A DNA stretch of 64,000 nucleotides from a virus. The stretch spans positions 14,954-78,953 of the IMG/VR virus record IMGVR_UViG_3300030102_004647; one strand, 5' to 3'. Both the position numbers and the translations under genes were made by a program. Of the stretch, positions 9,267-19,585 are shown one piece after another. Within the stretch, counting starts at the first letter, position 1. The number at the start of each line of letters is the position of its first letter. The notes below the pieces were generated by a model, which saw only the letters and a program-made list of their open reading frames with translations, was not told the DNA's origin and ran no database searches.

Positions 9267-11423
9267 CTAATAGTTTACGCTTGATATCGGCTCCAAAGTT
9301 ATGAAGGTGTTCGTTCCTTTGATCGTCGGACTCATCCATTGATCATTGAAAGATCCACCCGTACCGGAGAGTGCATACGTTCCTGTCCGTTTTCTTACAA
9401 CAAGTCCCAACACATCTCCTCTTTCCAAGTGCATAAGTATCTTCTTGGACGAAGTAATCCGCTGAGTCTCTCTTGTTGTTCCTGTAAATGCTTTCGTCAA
9501 AACTTGTGACTCAAGCTGTGCAATTCCATTCTTCGTAATGTGTGCCTCGTATCCGATCTTACAATCTTGTCCAGACATCGGGCCGGTAAAATTACCAATG
9601 GTATGCTGCCCTTCAGCCTCGATGTTTGCGGTGACCCAGTATCGCCCTGGCTGCTTGATTGTCAATGCACCTGCGTGCATTCCAACATCGCCAAGGTTTA
9701 ACGTGTAACTGAAATAACTACCATCAAGAAATTGATTGACTCCCGTCTCCCAACCTCCTGAAGTATTTACTTGATCCAGATACAAGTCATTCGTCAAAAA
9801 TGACTTCAACGCTCGAACGGGTGGCCCCCAAGTTACTCCGTAAGTAGATTCCCACTGTGTCTCTGTAGGCTTCATTACAATTGCAGACCGCATACCGCGA
9901 AGTCTCTGAACTGTATCTGGCCCTAAAAATTCACCGGCTATTCCTAAAGTTCGGATATTCGCCGGACCCTCTCCAGATGCCGCTGGAGATGAAGGTCGAG
10001 AAGATCCATCAACAGCTTGAGGGACTGGGTCGTGCTGGAAGTCCAACATAAACGCACCGCCAAACTTAGTCACTTGGTAGTTAGCCCAGTAATTACTAAA
10101 GTATCCATATCCAGAGTATCCATAGAAGTTAGTACCTGCCCACGGATCATATCGATAACCTGTGTAAATACTAGGAGCAGATCCAAACCTGTTCAGGGGG
10201 CTGGTAAATCCAAAAGATTTGCCGCCTGGACCCATGCTGCTGTAGCTCTCTTCACCTAGCTGTAAGTCTCCCCGCATCAACTGGGCACACAAAGATTTCC
10301 AGATCGTCAAACAACTTGGATGTAGCTGACGAAGTTGATGCAGCTGAGAGTTCTGACCCAGCCAAGGCTTCTTCTCGATGTTTGAAGATTTACAGTCCAG
10401 CGTAATCTCTTTCATGGCACCACAGCTGAACTCTTCATTTGTGGTTGTATTTTTTATTTTAGTGCTGAATGAAAGAAAAAACTTTTTAGGCTTCCCACCA
10501 TCTTCTGGTTCGTATCCTGTGTCTTCCCCAGGACGCATCGGTGACGGTCGGCCCGCTTTACCGATACCAACAATGCTACAAGACTCGCCTTTATTTGCCC
10601 CCCCGCCCCGCCGAACTTGAGCAGCCTCCCTGACAGGATCCAGACCACTGTCAAATTTGGCCTTACCTTCGTTAAGATTTAGATACCACCGAGTGCTGTC
10701 TGCTACTAATTCAAACTTATCTTGTCCGTCACCGCCGCCACCGCCGCCTCCCTTCATAGAAATCTTAGCCTGATACGTCTCAGGGTTGCAGCAGCAATCA
10801 ATAGTGTCTGGTCCCTCAAGCTGTGCCTCCACGCCTGCCGCTTCGCAACACTTTGCGTCGAGGTCAGCCTCTTGTTCAAAGTTGTCAACTTGAACAGGGC
10901 ACACGCCCAAACACTTGCATTCTCCGCTGGAGGTCTGCCCCTCCTGACCAATGGCAGTGACTCGATAACAAATCTGTTCGCCAGGAACAACGTCAACACC
11001 AATCTTCAGGGCGTAGCTCGTCTGACCTGGGCCGACTGAAGTAGCACGAGTACCTCGCCCACGACAACTCGGAGATCGAGACCACTGAACAATGTATCTC
11101 TTTACATCTGGAACTGCGTTCCAATTAAGTTGAACAGTACCTTCACCGTGTCGAACTTTTTGACCACAAGGAGGACATTTTGTCGGACCTCTTCCGTCAC
11201 CCCCGCCGCCTCCTCCTTCGCCGCCGCCTCCAGAAGGCTCCTCTTTACCGCACTTCTGACTGTCACCTGGACTACCTGTGGGCTCGTAGACATTAAAGTC
11301 TGCAAGATGAAAATCATAGTTTGTAAAGAGAGTGTCTTTTCGCCACTCAAGAACTGGGAACTGCATGTATGTATACAGAACCTGACTAACAAACGAACCG
11401 CCTAGTCCACTCGGCACACTCAT
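9267..11423 (-). CDS. Tail fibre / receptor-binding protein (FN3 domain plus C-terminal C1q/TNF-like domain)
   Basis: VQLNWNAV...YIVQWS...YRVTA (FN3); TIKQPGRYWVTANI...LERGDVLGL (C1q-like); Gly/Cys-rich linkers; post-TMP position. Confidence 0.65.
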   Translation of the reverse strand: MSVPSGLGGSFVSQVLYTYMQFPVLEWRKDTLFTNYDFHLADFNVYEPTGSPGDSQKCGKEEPSGGGGEGGGGGGDGRGPTKCPPCGQKVRHGEGTVQLNWNAVPDVKRYIVQWSRSPSCRGRGTRATSVGPGQTSYALKIGVDVVPGEQICYRVTAIGQEGQTSSGECKCLGVCPVQVDNFEQEADLDAKCCEAAGVEAQLEGPDTIDCCCNPETYQAKISMKGGGGGGGDGQDKFELVADSTRWYLNLNEGKAKFDSGLDPVREAAQVRRGGGANKGESCSIVGIGKAGRPSPMRPGEDTGYEPEDGGKPKKFFLSFSTKIKNTTTNEEFSCGAMKEITLDCKSSNIEKKPWLGQNSQLHQLRQLHPSCLTIWKSLCAQLMRGDLQLGEESYSSMGPGGKSFGFTSPLNRFGSAPSIYTGYRYDPWAGTNFYGYSGYGYFSNYWANYQVTKFGGAFMLDFQHDPVPQAVDGSSRPSSPAASGEGPANIRTLGIAGEFLGPDTVQRLRGMRSAIVMKPTETQWESTYGVTWGPPVRALKSFLTNDLYLDQVNTSGGWETGVNQFLDGSYFSYTLNLGDVGMHAGALTIKQPGRYWVTANIEAEGQHTIGNFTGPMSGQDCKIGYEAHITKNGIAQLESQVLTKAFTGTTRETQRITSSKKILMHLERGDVLGLVVRKRTGTYALSGTGGSFNDQWMSPTIKGTNTFITLEPISSVNY

Positions 11424-11426
11424 AGT

Positions 11427-11840
11427 TTAACAAGTCAGTCCCGAAGGTAACGAATTCACTTTCATGATCCGAAAAGTACCTTGGAAATCAAACGACCTGC
11501 CTCTCACAGTTGGGGGAGATAAGCTCGTAAAATAAACACTGTAGTCATCGTTCCAGTACCCCACAAACCTATACAAAACAGGAGTGGTTGTAAAGAACCG
11601 ATCACTGAAACTCTGATACTCGGAAGGAAATGCGGCTTCAATAGTGAACTGAATCACATCGTCGCCTGCAATGTATTGCGGGTTGGAAGACTGTACGAAC
11701 ACAGCGTTTGCTGTAGGGGTCACAGTCATTCGTTTCCCAGGGACATAGGGATTGTATGACAACTGAGGTGGGCAGGTAATCAAAGTACTCGATCCACCCG
11801 AATCTTTTAGCAACGCTCTTTGTTCATGTATTGTAGACAT
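11427..11840 (-). CDS. Putative distal tail protein
   Basis: Small beta-rich gene directly after the tape measure gene (synteny only). Confidence 0.45.
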   Translation of the reverse strand: MSTIHEQRALLKDSGGSSTLITCPPQLSYNPYVPGKRMTVTPTANAVFVQSSNPQYIAGDDVIQFTIEAAFPSEYQSFSDRFFTTTPVLYRFVGYWNDDYSVYFTSLSPPTVRGRSFDFQGTFRIMKVNSLPSGLTC

Positions 11841-11851
11841 ATCAAATTGGC

Positions 11852-14800
11852 CTATGGTCGGGCCGGTCCTCCCCCACCTGCTCCGGCACCTCCTCCGAAG
11901 TTGTTAGATATAAATGTGGTGTTACTATACCCGCCCGATGAACTCGTCGCAGCATTTGCTTGATTCACAGCGGCCACTATTCTCTGAAGATCTTGCTCTA
12001 TGGCAGTAGCTAAGTTTTCAAAAATCAATGCGAATCCGTCTGCCCAGTTCTGCACACTTGGAGTCCATGCGTTCAGGGCTGCGTTGATCTGCTCCCTACT
12101 CCCGACAAACTTGGCAGCAAAGCCACTATCTCCTCCCCCTCCGTCATAGATAGCGGTTGCCATACGACCACCCGCATCTCCGAACACCGCAACAAACTCG
12201 TCGAGTCTTGTTTGAAGTCCTGCTTTCAGTGCGAGGATGTCGTCGAGAGTTTGTTGGATCTTTGCTTTTTGTGATTCTAGCTGATCGAGCTTCTCCTGTT
12301 GAATCTCAACACCCGCATCCGCTGCAAGTCTGTCGGCCCGCCCTCGCTCGAAAGCAAGATCGGACTCTCGCTCGTTCAACAGTTTCTGTAGACGCTGTCT
12401 TTCTTTTGGATCTGTTTCTTTCTCTAGTTTTTCGCGGATTGCGGCCACGCTGTTCTCGGCCTGCACTGCCTTGTCTTGGGCGTCCTTCAATCGTTGGAAT
12501 CGCTTGTCCTCGATTGCCATCCGTGCCTGCTCAAGCTGAAGCAGGGTCTGCACCGTTCGGGCTTGCTTGGCTTTTTCTCCGAAGATCGCCTGTTCGTGTT
12601 TAATCTGCTCGCGGGCTTTGTCTGCTCGGTTGTCTTGCTGTTGAGCCTGATCCTGCACATTAGCTTCGTTACCGGCTTGCTTCGCTGCTTCAATCTTAGC
12701 GTCCCGCTCTGCTCGAAGATTTGCCATCGCCGTGGCATGTGCAGCTGCTTGCTCGGCATCCTCAAGATCGTACAACTCGTCGATCTTCTTTTTCTTCTCA
12801 TCAAACTCGGCCTGTGCTTGGAGTCTAGCGGCTTCAACTTTATCGCCTCGTCGGTTCGCTGCGTCAATCTTCTGCTGATTTTCAAATGCTTTTTGATCTG
12901 CGGCTCGGGCGTCATTTACCCCGTCAATCTGAGATTGTGCGTACTCGTCGTTCTTTTCAATCGCTGCGTCTGTTCGTTCTATAACTTTGTTAAGACGGTC
13001 AATTTCTTTTTGATTGATAGTTTCTTTAGCTTTAGCATGCTCCAGTTCAATTACAAACTGCTCCCGCATTTTCTCCAGCAACACGCGACGAGCTTCTTGT
13101 TCTTCTTCAATTACGCGAATTCTCTCGTCGTATTTGTTTGCAAGGGTTTGATCTCCCGCCATTTCTTTTTCGAGTTCGGCAAGCTTTGACAAGTTGTCCT
13201 GATGTGCAGATAGAGCGGCTTTTGTTTTTTCTAACTGCTCGGCTTCCTTTGCTCTTTTGTCAGTAACCGCTTGAATCGAAGTAGCACTTGCGGTCAGCAT
13301 GTTGTTTTCGTTTTTCAACGATTCGTTATATTGATCCTCCGTTGCTTTCAAAGTTCTAAGTTGATCATTAAGGGTTTTCAACTGCCTCTCATATTGTTGC
13401 CGCTGGGCTGCTGTAAGATTTCCGTTTGCAAGCATTGCCTCATGAGCTTGAATCTGCCCTTCAATTGCTTGTTTGTTCTCTTGAATTGCATTATTGATGT
13501 CGCCATACTTCTCTGCCAACCTTGATGCCTGTTGCATCTCGGCACTTGACGCTTCTGTGGTATCGGACAGAGTATCGACAAGAATTCCTAACTCGGTTCC
13601 TTGCTCTTTAACTTTGTCCTGCATTTTATCGAAGCCGTCAATTTGTTTTTGAATCTCCGGCTCCAAAGCTTTGAACTCATCTTTCAGTCGTTTCTGCTGT
13701 TCTGCAAAAGTTTCCGTGTCTTCGCTAACAAGTCCGAGCTTTTTACCGTAAAAGATGAAAGTGTCTACTACACTCGTAATCATTTCGGCAACTGCGGTCG
13801 CCCCTTGTCGAACTAATTCAAAGGTTCCGACAAGAATGTCGAGGCCAATGTCAGCAATAGTCTTGCCTAGATTCTTGAACGAGTCTCCAAGCATGTCCGA
13901 CACAACGCCCGCAACGTATTCAATAGCCTGTCCTATTTGTTCAAATGCCGCTCCGGCTGCATCCATGACCGGGCCAAGCTCTTGCCCCAGCCTACTGAAC
14001 CCTTCAATAAACCCTTCGATAAATTTTCCAATAGTTGCGTCATACAATGTTCCGATTGCACGGGCTACATTGTCGAACATCGTTCGGGCAGATATCAGAG
14101 TGGCAATCAATACGCCTGCGATTACTGCAACAAGTGCAGCGATCAAAGCCTTGACAGCGGTCAGGCCCGCTAAAAACGTGGTTATGGCTATGCCTACCGG
14201 CTTCAGCACCACGCCAATCTTTGCAATAGTTCCTACTAAAGTCCCAAAGATCGAAGACGCTGCCCCTATTGCCATCGACATAGCACCAGCGATAAGTAGA
14301 AACGAACCTAACCCACCCACCATCTTGGTGATGCTGGCTGTCAACCCTTGATTCCGTTGAGTCCAGGCTTCGGCAGATCCGGCAAGTTCTCTGAAGAACT
14401 TGACCATATTTGCAAGATCGTCGGCTACGGATTCAAACACACTCAGAGATAGTCCTTGGACTGCCGACACGAACAGTTTGAACTCTCCTCCAAGAGTTGC
14501 CAACTTGTCGGCTTGGACACTTGCTGCCTTTCCAAATCCGTTCATCACTTCATCGGAAATCTCGCCAAACTTGTCCATGTTGTCCATGAGCAGGCTCATA
14601 CTAGTTCCTGCCCTAGCTCCAAACATGGCAAAGATATCTTGTGTAGTGACTCCTGCCCTTGCTAATGCTTCAAGAGATCCCTGTAATCCAACAATACTAG
14701 GATCAATCTGCGCATAGGTTAGTCCGTAAGATTGAAGGATCGCCGTCCCTTTGTCGGTTACCTCATTAAGTTTGATCAAAGACATCCGCAAGCTAGTACC

Positions 14801-16213
14801 CGCTTGACTGCCTTTGATGCCCGCACTTCCAAGAGTACCCAACGCCGCAGATATTTCCTCCAGCGGGATTCCAAATCCTTTAGCAACACCTGCTACATAT
14901 TTGAGCGACTCTCCCATCTGCTCCAGAGTCATGTTTGACGCTAACGAGGCAGCGGTCATGGTGTCTACAATGCGACCCATGTCTCCGGCTTCAAGTCCGA
15001 ACGCTGTCATCATGTCTGTGGCAAGATCAGAAGCACGGGCTAGATCCATACTTCCTGCTGTAGCTAACGCAAGGACTGAAGGTGTAGCTTTTATAATCTC
15101 ATTGGTGTTCATGCCCGCCTGACCCATGAACTTGAAGGCTTGGCCTACTTGGGTGGCAGTGAACTCTGTAGTCTTTCCTAAGTTCTTGGCGGTGTCCTCC
15201 AGACGAGTCATGTTAGACACGCCCTTGTCTATATCTTTGGAGTCTCCAATCACAGCAAAAGAGTCAGCCATCGACTGCTGAAATTTTGCCCCTGTCGCAA
15301 TAATTGGAGATAGGGCTGCAAGAATAACACCGCCCGCCATCATTGCAGCCATGCCGCCCGCTTTCATAGCGGCACCCGCTGCTTTGGCTTTAGCTCCCAA
15401 AGATACAAAAGCGGCTCCTGCGCCTTTCAAGCTAGTAATCAGCTTGAGATACATCGGGTTGGTCTTGATCGCATTCATGCCTGCCTTCAGGATCGCGCCT
15501 CCCGAAGACTTTGCTTTCGCGGCCAGAGATATGAAACCATTGCCAAACTTTGACAAGTTAGCTCGGGTGATGCCCACCTTGGCACCCATTGCCGAAATCT
15601 TAGCTCCAAATTCTGTGAACGATGCCTTCGCCCTGTTCAACGCTCCTGTGAGTTTAGTACTCACTGCATTGAATCCTTTGATAGACATCTGTGCGGCTTT
15701 TGTTTTAGCCGCCGACTGCACGGCAGAGGTTGCCATAGATTTAAGTTGTGTACCCGCTGCAACCGCAGATGCACCGGCTCGCTTCATAGATGCAGACAGC
15801 TTCTTGAGTGCGGCCTCTCCTTGTTTTACTTTGGCACTCAGTGCGGCAGCGGTTACGCCATACGCTTGAATTGCTTCTCTACCGAATGAGGTGTCCGCAG
15901 CAAACTTTTTGAAACGATTTCCAAACTGATTGACTGCGGCACTAACTGGCTTCAGTGCGCTGGCGACACGAGTAGATGCCGCTGCCATTTTGTTGAGAGA
16001 GTTTTGAGCAACTTGAGATGAAGTTGTAATCTTAGAAACAGAAGTAGCTGACTTGCCTGTCGATGCAATCGCAGCACTAGCTTGTGTAGCTGCTGCTCCT
16101 GCCGCAGTCGTCTGCCCAGAAAACCGCTTGACCGCCGCACCCGCTTTTTGAAGGTTCGCAATCAAGCGACCTACATTCGCGGACACTCTTAGTACAAGAT
16201 CGTTCGCTGCCAT
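11852..16213 (-). CDS. Tail tape measure protein (TP901-type core)
   Basis: 1453 aa, Ala-rich helical; LGKTTEFTATQV...MGQAG...LKYVAGVA...AGIKGSQAGTSLR core. Confidence 0.95.
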   Translation of the reverse strand: MAANDLVLRVSANVGRLIANLQKAGAAVKRFSGQTTAAGAAATQASAAIASTGKSATSVSKITTSSQVAQNSLNKMAAASTRVASALKPVSAAVNQFGNRFKKFAADTSFGREAIQAYGVTAAALSAKVKQGEAALKKLSASMKRAGASAVAAGTQLKSMATSAVQSAAKTKAAQMSIKGFNAVSTKLTGALNRAKASFTEFGAKISAMGAKVGITRANLSKFGNGFISLAAKAKSSGGAILKAGMNAIKTNPMYLKLITSLKGAGAAFVSLGAKAKAAGAAMKAGGMAAMMAGGVILAALSPIIATGAKFQQSMADSFAVIGDSKDIDKGVSNMTRLEDTAKNLGKTTEFTATQVGQAFKFMGQAGMNTNEIIKATPSVLALATAGSMDLARASDLATDMMTAFGLEAGDMGRIVDTMTAASLASNMTLEQMGESLKYVAGVAKGFGIPLEEISAALGTLGSAGIKGSQAGTSLRMSLIKLNEVTDKGTAILQSYGLTYAQIDPSIVGLQGSLEALARAGVTTQDIFAMFGARAGTSMSLLMDNMDKFGEISDEVMNGFGKAASVQADKLATLGGEFKLFVSAVQGLSLSVFESVADDLANMVKFFRELAGSAEAWTQRNQGLTASITKMVGGLGSFLLIAGAMSMAIGAASSIFGTLVGTIAKIGVVLKPVGIAITTFLAGLTAVKALIAALVAVIAGVLIATLISARTMFDNVARAIGTLYDATIGKFIEGFIEGFSRLGQELGPVMDAAGAAFEQIGQAIEYVAGVVSDMLGDSFKNLGKTIADIGLDILVGTFELVRQGATAVAEMITSVVDTFIFYGKKLGLVSEDTETFAEQQKRLKDEFKALEPEIQKQIDGFDKMQDKVKEQGTELGILVDTLSDTTEASSAEMQQASRLAEKYGDINNAIQENKQAIEGQIQAHEAMLANGNLTAAQRQQYERQLKTLNDQLRTLKATEDQYNESLKNENNMLTASATSIQAVTDKRAKEAEQLEKTKAALSAHQDNLSKLAELEKEMAGDQTLANKYDERIRVIEEEQEARRVLLEKMREQFVIELEHAKAKETINQKEIDRLNKVIERTDAAIEKNDEYAQSQIDGVNDARAADQKAFENQQKIDAANRRGDKVEAARLQAQAEFDEKKKKIDELYDLEDAEQAAAHATAMANLRAERDAKIEAAKQAGNEANVQDQAQQQDNRADKAREQIKHEQAIFGEKAKQARTVQTLLQLEQARMAIEDKRFQRLKDAQDKAVQAENSVAAIREKLEKETDPKERQRLQKLLNERESDLAFERGRADRLAADAGVEIQQEKLDQLESQKAKIQQTLDDILALKAGLQTRLDEFVAVFGDAGGRMATAIYDGGGGDSGFAAKFVGSREQINAALNAWTPSVQNWADGFALIFENLATAIEQDLQRIVAAVNQANAATSSSGGYSNTTFISNNFGGGAGAGGGGPARP

Positions 16214-16222
16214 CCTTGACCT

Positions 16223-16591
16223 TTATTTCGGTTTTTCGACATGAACAAATCCATCGGGTGTTCCTAGTGATGGACTTGATCTTCCTTGTCTTTGATTATC
16301 TTCTCTCGGTCGCAAGTTAGACAGAAAAGACTTGATATCTTTTTGCTGTCCGTGATTTGCAACTCGGTGCATTCCCAACTCTAAATTTATAGTGGTGTAT
16401 AGTCTTTCGTGTTGCTCCTTTACTAATTCCTGAATCTGATACAACGTGAGCTTCAAGACCTTTTCGGGGGTCCATCCGTACTCGCTTCCAAACTTGTCGA
16501 AGATTCTAATGACGAAGTTTCTCCCCCCATCAAGCTGTCCATTGCTCCTTTCGGAACCAGTTGAAAAAAAAGCTGGCGAAGTTCCTCCCAA
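16223..16591 (-). CDS. Tail assembly chaperone, frameshifted (gpT-like) segment
   Basis: In the -1 frame relative to 16453..16947; FGSEYGWTPEKVLKLTLYQI pattern; directly upstream of the TMP gene. Confidence 0.75.
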   Translation of the reverse strand: MGGTSPAFFSTGSERSNGQLDGGRNFVIRIFDKFGSEYGWTPEKVLKLTLYQIQELVKEQHERLYTTINLELGMHRVANHGQQKDIKSFLSNLRPREDNQRQGRSSPSLGTPDGFVHVEKPK

Positions 16592-16947
16592 TCATTGACT
16601 GCCTTGAAGGCAACTGCCCACTTTAGCCAGTCCGTAGCACCCATTCCTGTAAAGTCGTCGGGTTTCTTGCGAGTGCTGCCCGCCGCTACTGTCTTCAGGG
16701 CATGCATCGTGATGGGATTTGACAAAAGAATAACCAACGCCCCCAGACCGTCTTCTTCTGTGAGGGTGGCACTTTGTTCCTGAAAAACGATAAGAAGATC
16801 CTTGAGTTCTTTACTAAGTCCAAGAATGTCTTCCAGGCTTAACTCGTAAACTTTTACTTCGTCGGGGTGAAACTTTTTGAGAGCGAGCGATATTCCAATG
16901 TTTGCCGCCCGTGAGGTGTCGTCGATCATTTCTTCAGTTTCGGTCAC
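16453..16947 (-). CDS. Tail assembly chaperone (gpG-like)
   Basis: Position before TMP; contains in-frame slippery heptamers T TTT TTT (16564-16570) and G GGG GGA (16522-16528). Confidence 0.75.
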   Translation of the reverse strand: MTETEEMIDDTSRAANIGISLALKKFHPDEVKVYELSLEDILGLSKELKDLLIVFQEQSATLTEEDGLGALVILLSNPITMHALKTVAAGSTRKKPDDFTGMGATDWLKWAVAFKAVNDWEELRQLFFQLVPKGAMDSLMGGETSSLESSTSLEASTDGPPKRS

Positions 16948-17276
16948 TTTTTCTTTCCTTTAGCTCGAAGGCTGTCGTGTAACATGTCACGCAGAGTTTC
17001 CTGCTGCTGACAATACTTCTTAGGCTCCACGGAAGTGTCGCCGTTTGCGTAATCGATAATTAACTTGGCGAGATCCCTCTCGTCCAGAGGAAGAACGAAC
17101 ACAAAGAAGATAGTCGTGCCACGCCCTGTCTTGCCTTCCAGGCGATCCAGCTTGGCACCTTCCTGGCACCATATGAATGCGGCTTGATCTATATCTTTAG
17201 TTCTAAACTGAGAAGATCCCTCAGTTACTTCGTCCACCAAATTAGTAGGGTCTGCGATTTCTTGCGTCTTGTCCAT
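16944..17276 (-). CDS. Small phage protein (DUF5659-like)
   Basis: FRTKDIDQAAFI...FFVF...VEPKKY pattern. Confidence 0.5.
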   Translation of the reverse strand: MDKTQEIADPTNLVDEVTEGSSQFRTKDIDQAAFIWCQEGAKLDRLEGKTGRGTTIFFVFVLPLDERDLAKLIIDYANGDTSVEPKKYCQQQETLRDMLHDSLRAKGKKK

Positions 17277-17302
17277 ACTCTCTCAACCTTCCATGGATAG
17301 GA

Positions 17303-17695
17303 TTACGTCACATCTGCATACGGGATGTCAATCGCCGTGCCGCTCGTGTACGTTCCACTGGTCGAAACACCAGAGGTGCTGTTCAAGGTCACTTCGGCTT
17401 TCTTGCCGGAGTAAGTGAACGTGAACTTGCTGAATCCACCACCTACGGGAGCGGCTCCACCAGCACTGTACTCGTCCGAACCTTTGACATCGGCGTCAGC
17501 AACTTTGCCAGCGACCGAATCAAGAGCGGTACGATTTGCGGCAATCCACGTATCAATGGCTTTGCCCAGCACCGAACGAAGAAGCTTGGTAGTTGAGAGA
17601 TGATTGCTGTCATCGGTGACAACGAATCGAATCACAGTCGTACCAGGATTTGAGTAAGTTACAGTGAACTTACCAATGGGATATGTGTTACCCAT
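17303..17695 (-). CDS. Hypothetical virion protein
   Basis: Clean ORF with AGGAG RBS in the tail region; Thr/Gly/Ser-rich. Confidence 0.6.
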   Translation of the reverse strand: MGNTYPIGKFTVTYSNPGTTVIRFVVTDDSNHLSTTKLLRSVLGKAIDTWIAANRTALDSVAGKVADADVKGSDEYSAGGAAPVGGGFSKFTFTYSGKKAEVTLNSTSGVSTSGTYTSGTAIDIPYADVT

Positions 17696-17723
17696 AATGT
17701 AAATCTCCTAAAAAAAAATTTAC

Positions 17724-17739
17724 GTGCAGACATCTGCAC
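17724..17739. repeat. 16-bp palindrome (intergenic)
   Basis: GTGCAGACATCTGCAC. Confidence 0.8.
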
Positions 17740-17743
17740 TTGT

Positions 17744-18007
17744 TTACAACTGCCCCTCGCGGAGCAACCTTAACGTGTCGTGACGAATTCGCTTCCTCGA
17801 TACCCACACAGGCACCTTGGGAGCAGCACTGCTAAATGCAGCCGCCACATTATCGTGGACCGTTTGAAAGTTGTTTGCAGTTGTACCCGACTTGTTACTG
17901 GCCTGACGACGAGGCAACGCACGAAACGTCTTAACCTTCGCGTCAGTGTCAATACTAAGCGAGTTCAACTGTGCATCGATCTTAGATCCATAGTAGGAAC
18001 TAGCCAT
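17744..18007 (-). CDS. Hypothetical protein
   Basis: ORF with RBS between the tail tube gene and the next gene. Confidence 0.55.
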   Translation of the reverse strand: MASSYYGSKIDAQLNSLSIDTDAKVKTFRALPRRQASNKSGTTANNFQTVHDNVAAAFSSAAPKVPVWVSRKRIRHDTLRLLREGQL

Positions 18008-18023
18008 CGACCACCCACCTTTC

Positions 18024-18533
18024 TTACGAGTCTACGATAGTACCAAAACGACCATTCTGTCCGGCGACCTGGGTCTTCAGACACTCGAACTCTACCTCGA
18101 AGGCAGTCTCTTCTTCACGGGTCATGTTGTACTCTTTTTCGTTAAGAGTCGTGACTCGCTCAAAAGTAAATGTTCGCGTACCGCAACCAGGGCCAACACC
18201 TACCAGAACCATCTTAAACTCTTCGGTCCAACACGCATTGTTGTACCCAAGATACAGAGTGCTTGTGCCACTGCTATAGTTAGCAGCGGGCAACATAAAC
18301 GCACGACGAAGTTGAACAAGTGTGACTTCGAGCATTGTCGTAGTTACAAACATCCGCTCGGATGTTCTTGCTTTACGAACAACACCAACAGCTTGATCGG
18401 CATACACTTCTCGAACTTCCGGCTCGTATCGAACCGTAGTTCCACCGATTGTGTACCCGATGTCCACTGCACCACCACCGCCATCGAGAGAGATCGCTGC
18501 CGATCCCACGATGATATTTGATGCATTTGGCAT
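18024..18533 (-). CDS. Major tail tube protein
   Basis: NIIVG...DIGYTIGG..VRYEP...DQ...EETAFEVEFECL typical siphovirus tube pattern; synteny. Confidence 0.8.
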   Translation of the reverse strand: MPNASNIIVGSAAISLDGGGGAVDIGYTIGGTTVRYEPEVREVYADQAVGVVRKARTSERMFVTTTMLEVTLVQLRRAFMLPAANYSSGTSTLYLGYNNACWTEEFKMVLVGVGPGCGTRTFTFERVTTLNEKEYNMTREEETAFEVEFECLKTQVAGQNGRFGTIVDS

Positions 18534-18560
18534 TATCAGGGTCTCCTAGAACTTTGGAAA

Positions 18561-19040
18561 TTACAACGCACAAGGTTGAGTTGACCAGATACAGTCTGCC
18601 TCAACCACGATCTTCCATACTTCTGTTTTTCCGTCAAAATCCGGTGCATTCCGTTCTCGGAGTCTATGATCTAAGACTCTCACTTCTCCATAACTCGACC
18701 CTGAAAAATCGTAATAAGTATGGTTTGCACCATCCTCATTATCCAACAATTGCTCGATTCTATCTGCTATGTCAAAAGCGGTCAATTCATTTCTGCTAAT
18801 GGCACAGTAATGTATCCTTGCCTTTTGCAGTTGAGTAACCACGTTGTTCAGTGGAATCGAGTTTGTAATCTCTACCCCTAGATACGGAGTATGATCCTTT
18901 CGGGGTTGCATATACCTCCCAATTCGGATCCTATCATTTCGATGACTGGTCAGAGTGATCAAACTGTCGGATGATCCGCTGTCTGTTCTTAACTTGTCGA
19001 TCAGCTGCTTCAACAGCTGCTTGTTCTTGGGCATTGCCAT
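18561..19040 (-). CDS. Tail terminator / completion protein
   Basis: Synteny; AFDIADRIEQLL helix pattern. Confidence 0.6.
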   Translation of the reverse strand: MAMPKNKQLLKQLIDKLRTDSGSSDSLITLTSHRNDRIRIGRYMQPRKDHTPYLGVEITNSIPLNNVVTQLQKARIHYCAISRNELTAFDIADRIEQLLDNEDGANHTYYDFSGSSYGEVRVLDHRLRERNAPDFDGKTEVWKIVVEADCIWSTQPCAL

Positions 19041-19585
19041 TACAGACCACCCCCTAACATTTTGCGGTAGTGAAAAAATAAATGCCGCATGATTCGGCCC
19101 CGTGAACGCACCAAAAACTCGGGTCCGGCTGCGGCCAACGCAGGCTTCAAGAACGGGTGAGCTTTTACGCCTTCCGTTTCAATTGTTTTGATTATGGCAT
19201 GAGCAACTCGAACAGCGTCTGAACCACTCAGTCCGTTCTTCTTTGATGCGTAGTCGATGATCTGCCTTTTCTCCGCATCGCCTACTTTGCGAGGCTTGCC
19301 GCCATTCTCAACTTCCTGGGCGTAGGCTACACCCATCGCACCAACGACAACGCCGGGAACCGGCCCGGTCAAGTCTTCTGTTTTTATGCGTTGAAACAAC
19401 GCTCCTCTAAAAATTGATTTGTTCTCTCGCAACTTTGTTCGGATTGCAGGAACTAGCACCTGGATGGCAGTTGTATGCAAAGACGCTCGGACAATGAGGT
19501 TTGCCTCTCGCCCTAGCTGTGTGTACACCTCACCGGATCTCAGCTTCGCCGGTCCAGTCAATTTAAAAAGTAAAGTCTGCATCAC
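19040..19585 (-). CDS. HK97 gp10-like neck protein
   Basis: YAQEVENG...G.KAHPFLKPA motifs. Confidence 0.75.
   Translation of the reverse strand: MMQTLLFKLTGPAKLRSGEVYTQLGREANLIVRASLHTTAIQVLVPAIRTKLRENKSIFRGALFQRIKTEDLTGPVPGVVVGAMGVAYAQEVENGGKPRKVGDAEKRQIIDYASKKNGLSGSDAVRVAHAIIKTIETEGVKAHPFLKPALAAAGPEFLVRSRGRIMRHLFFHYRKMLGGGL

Noticed and set aside
17724-17739. 16-bp palindrome as an intrinsic terminator
   Set aside because: Most copies lack an adjacent U-tract, they occur in both orientations, and many lie inside essential CDSs.
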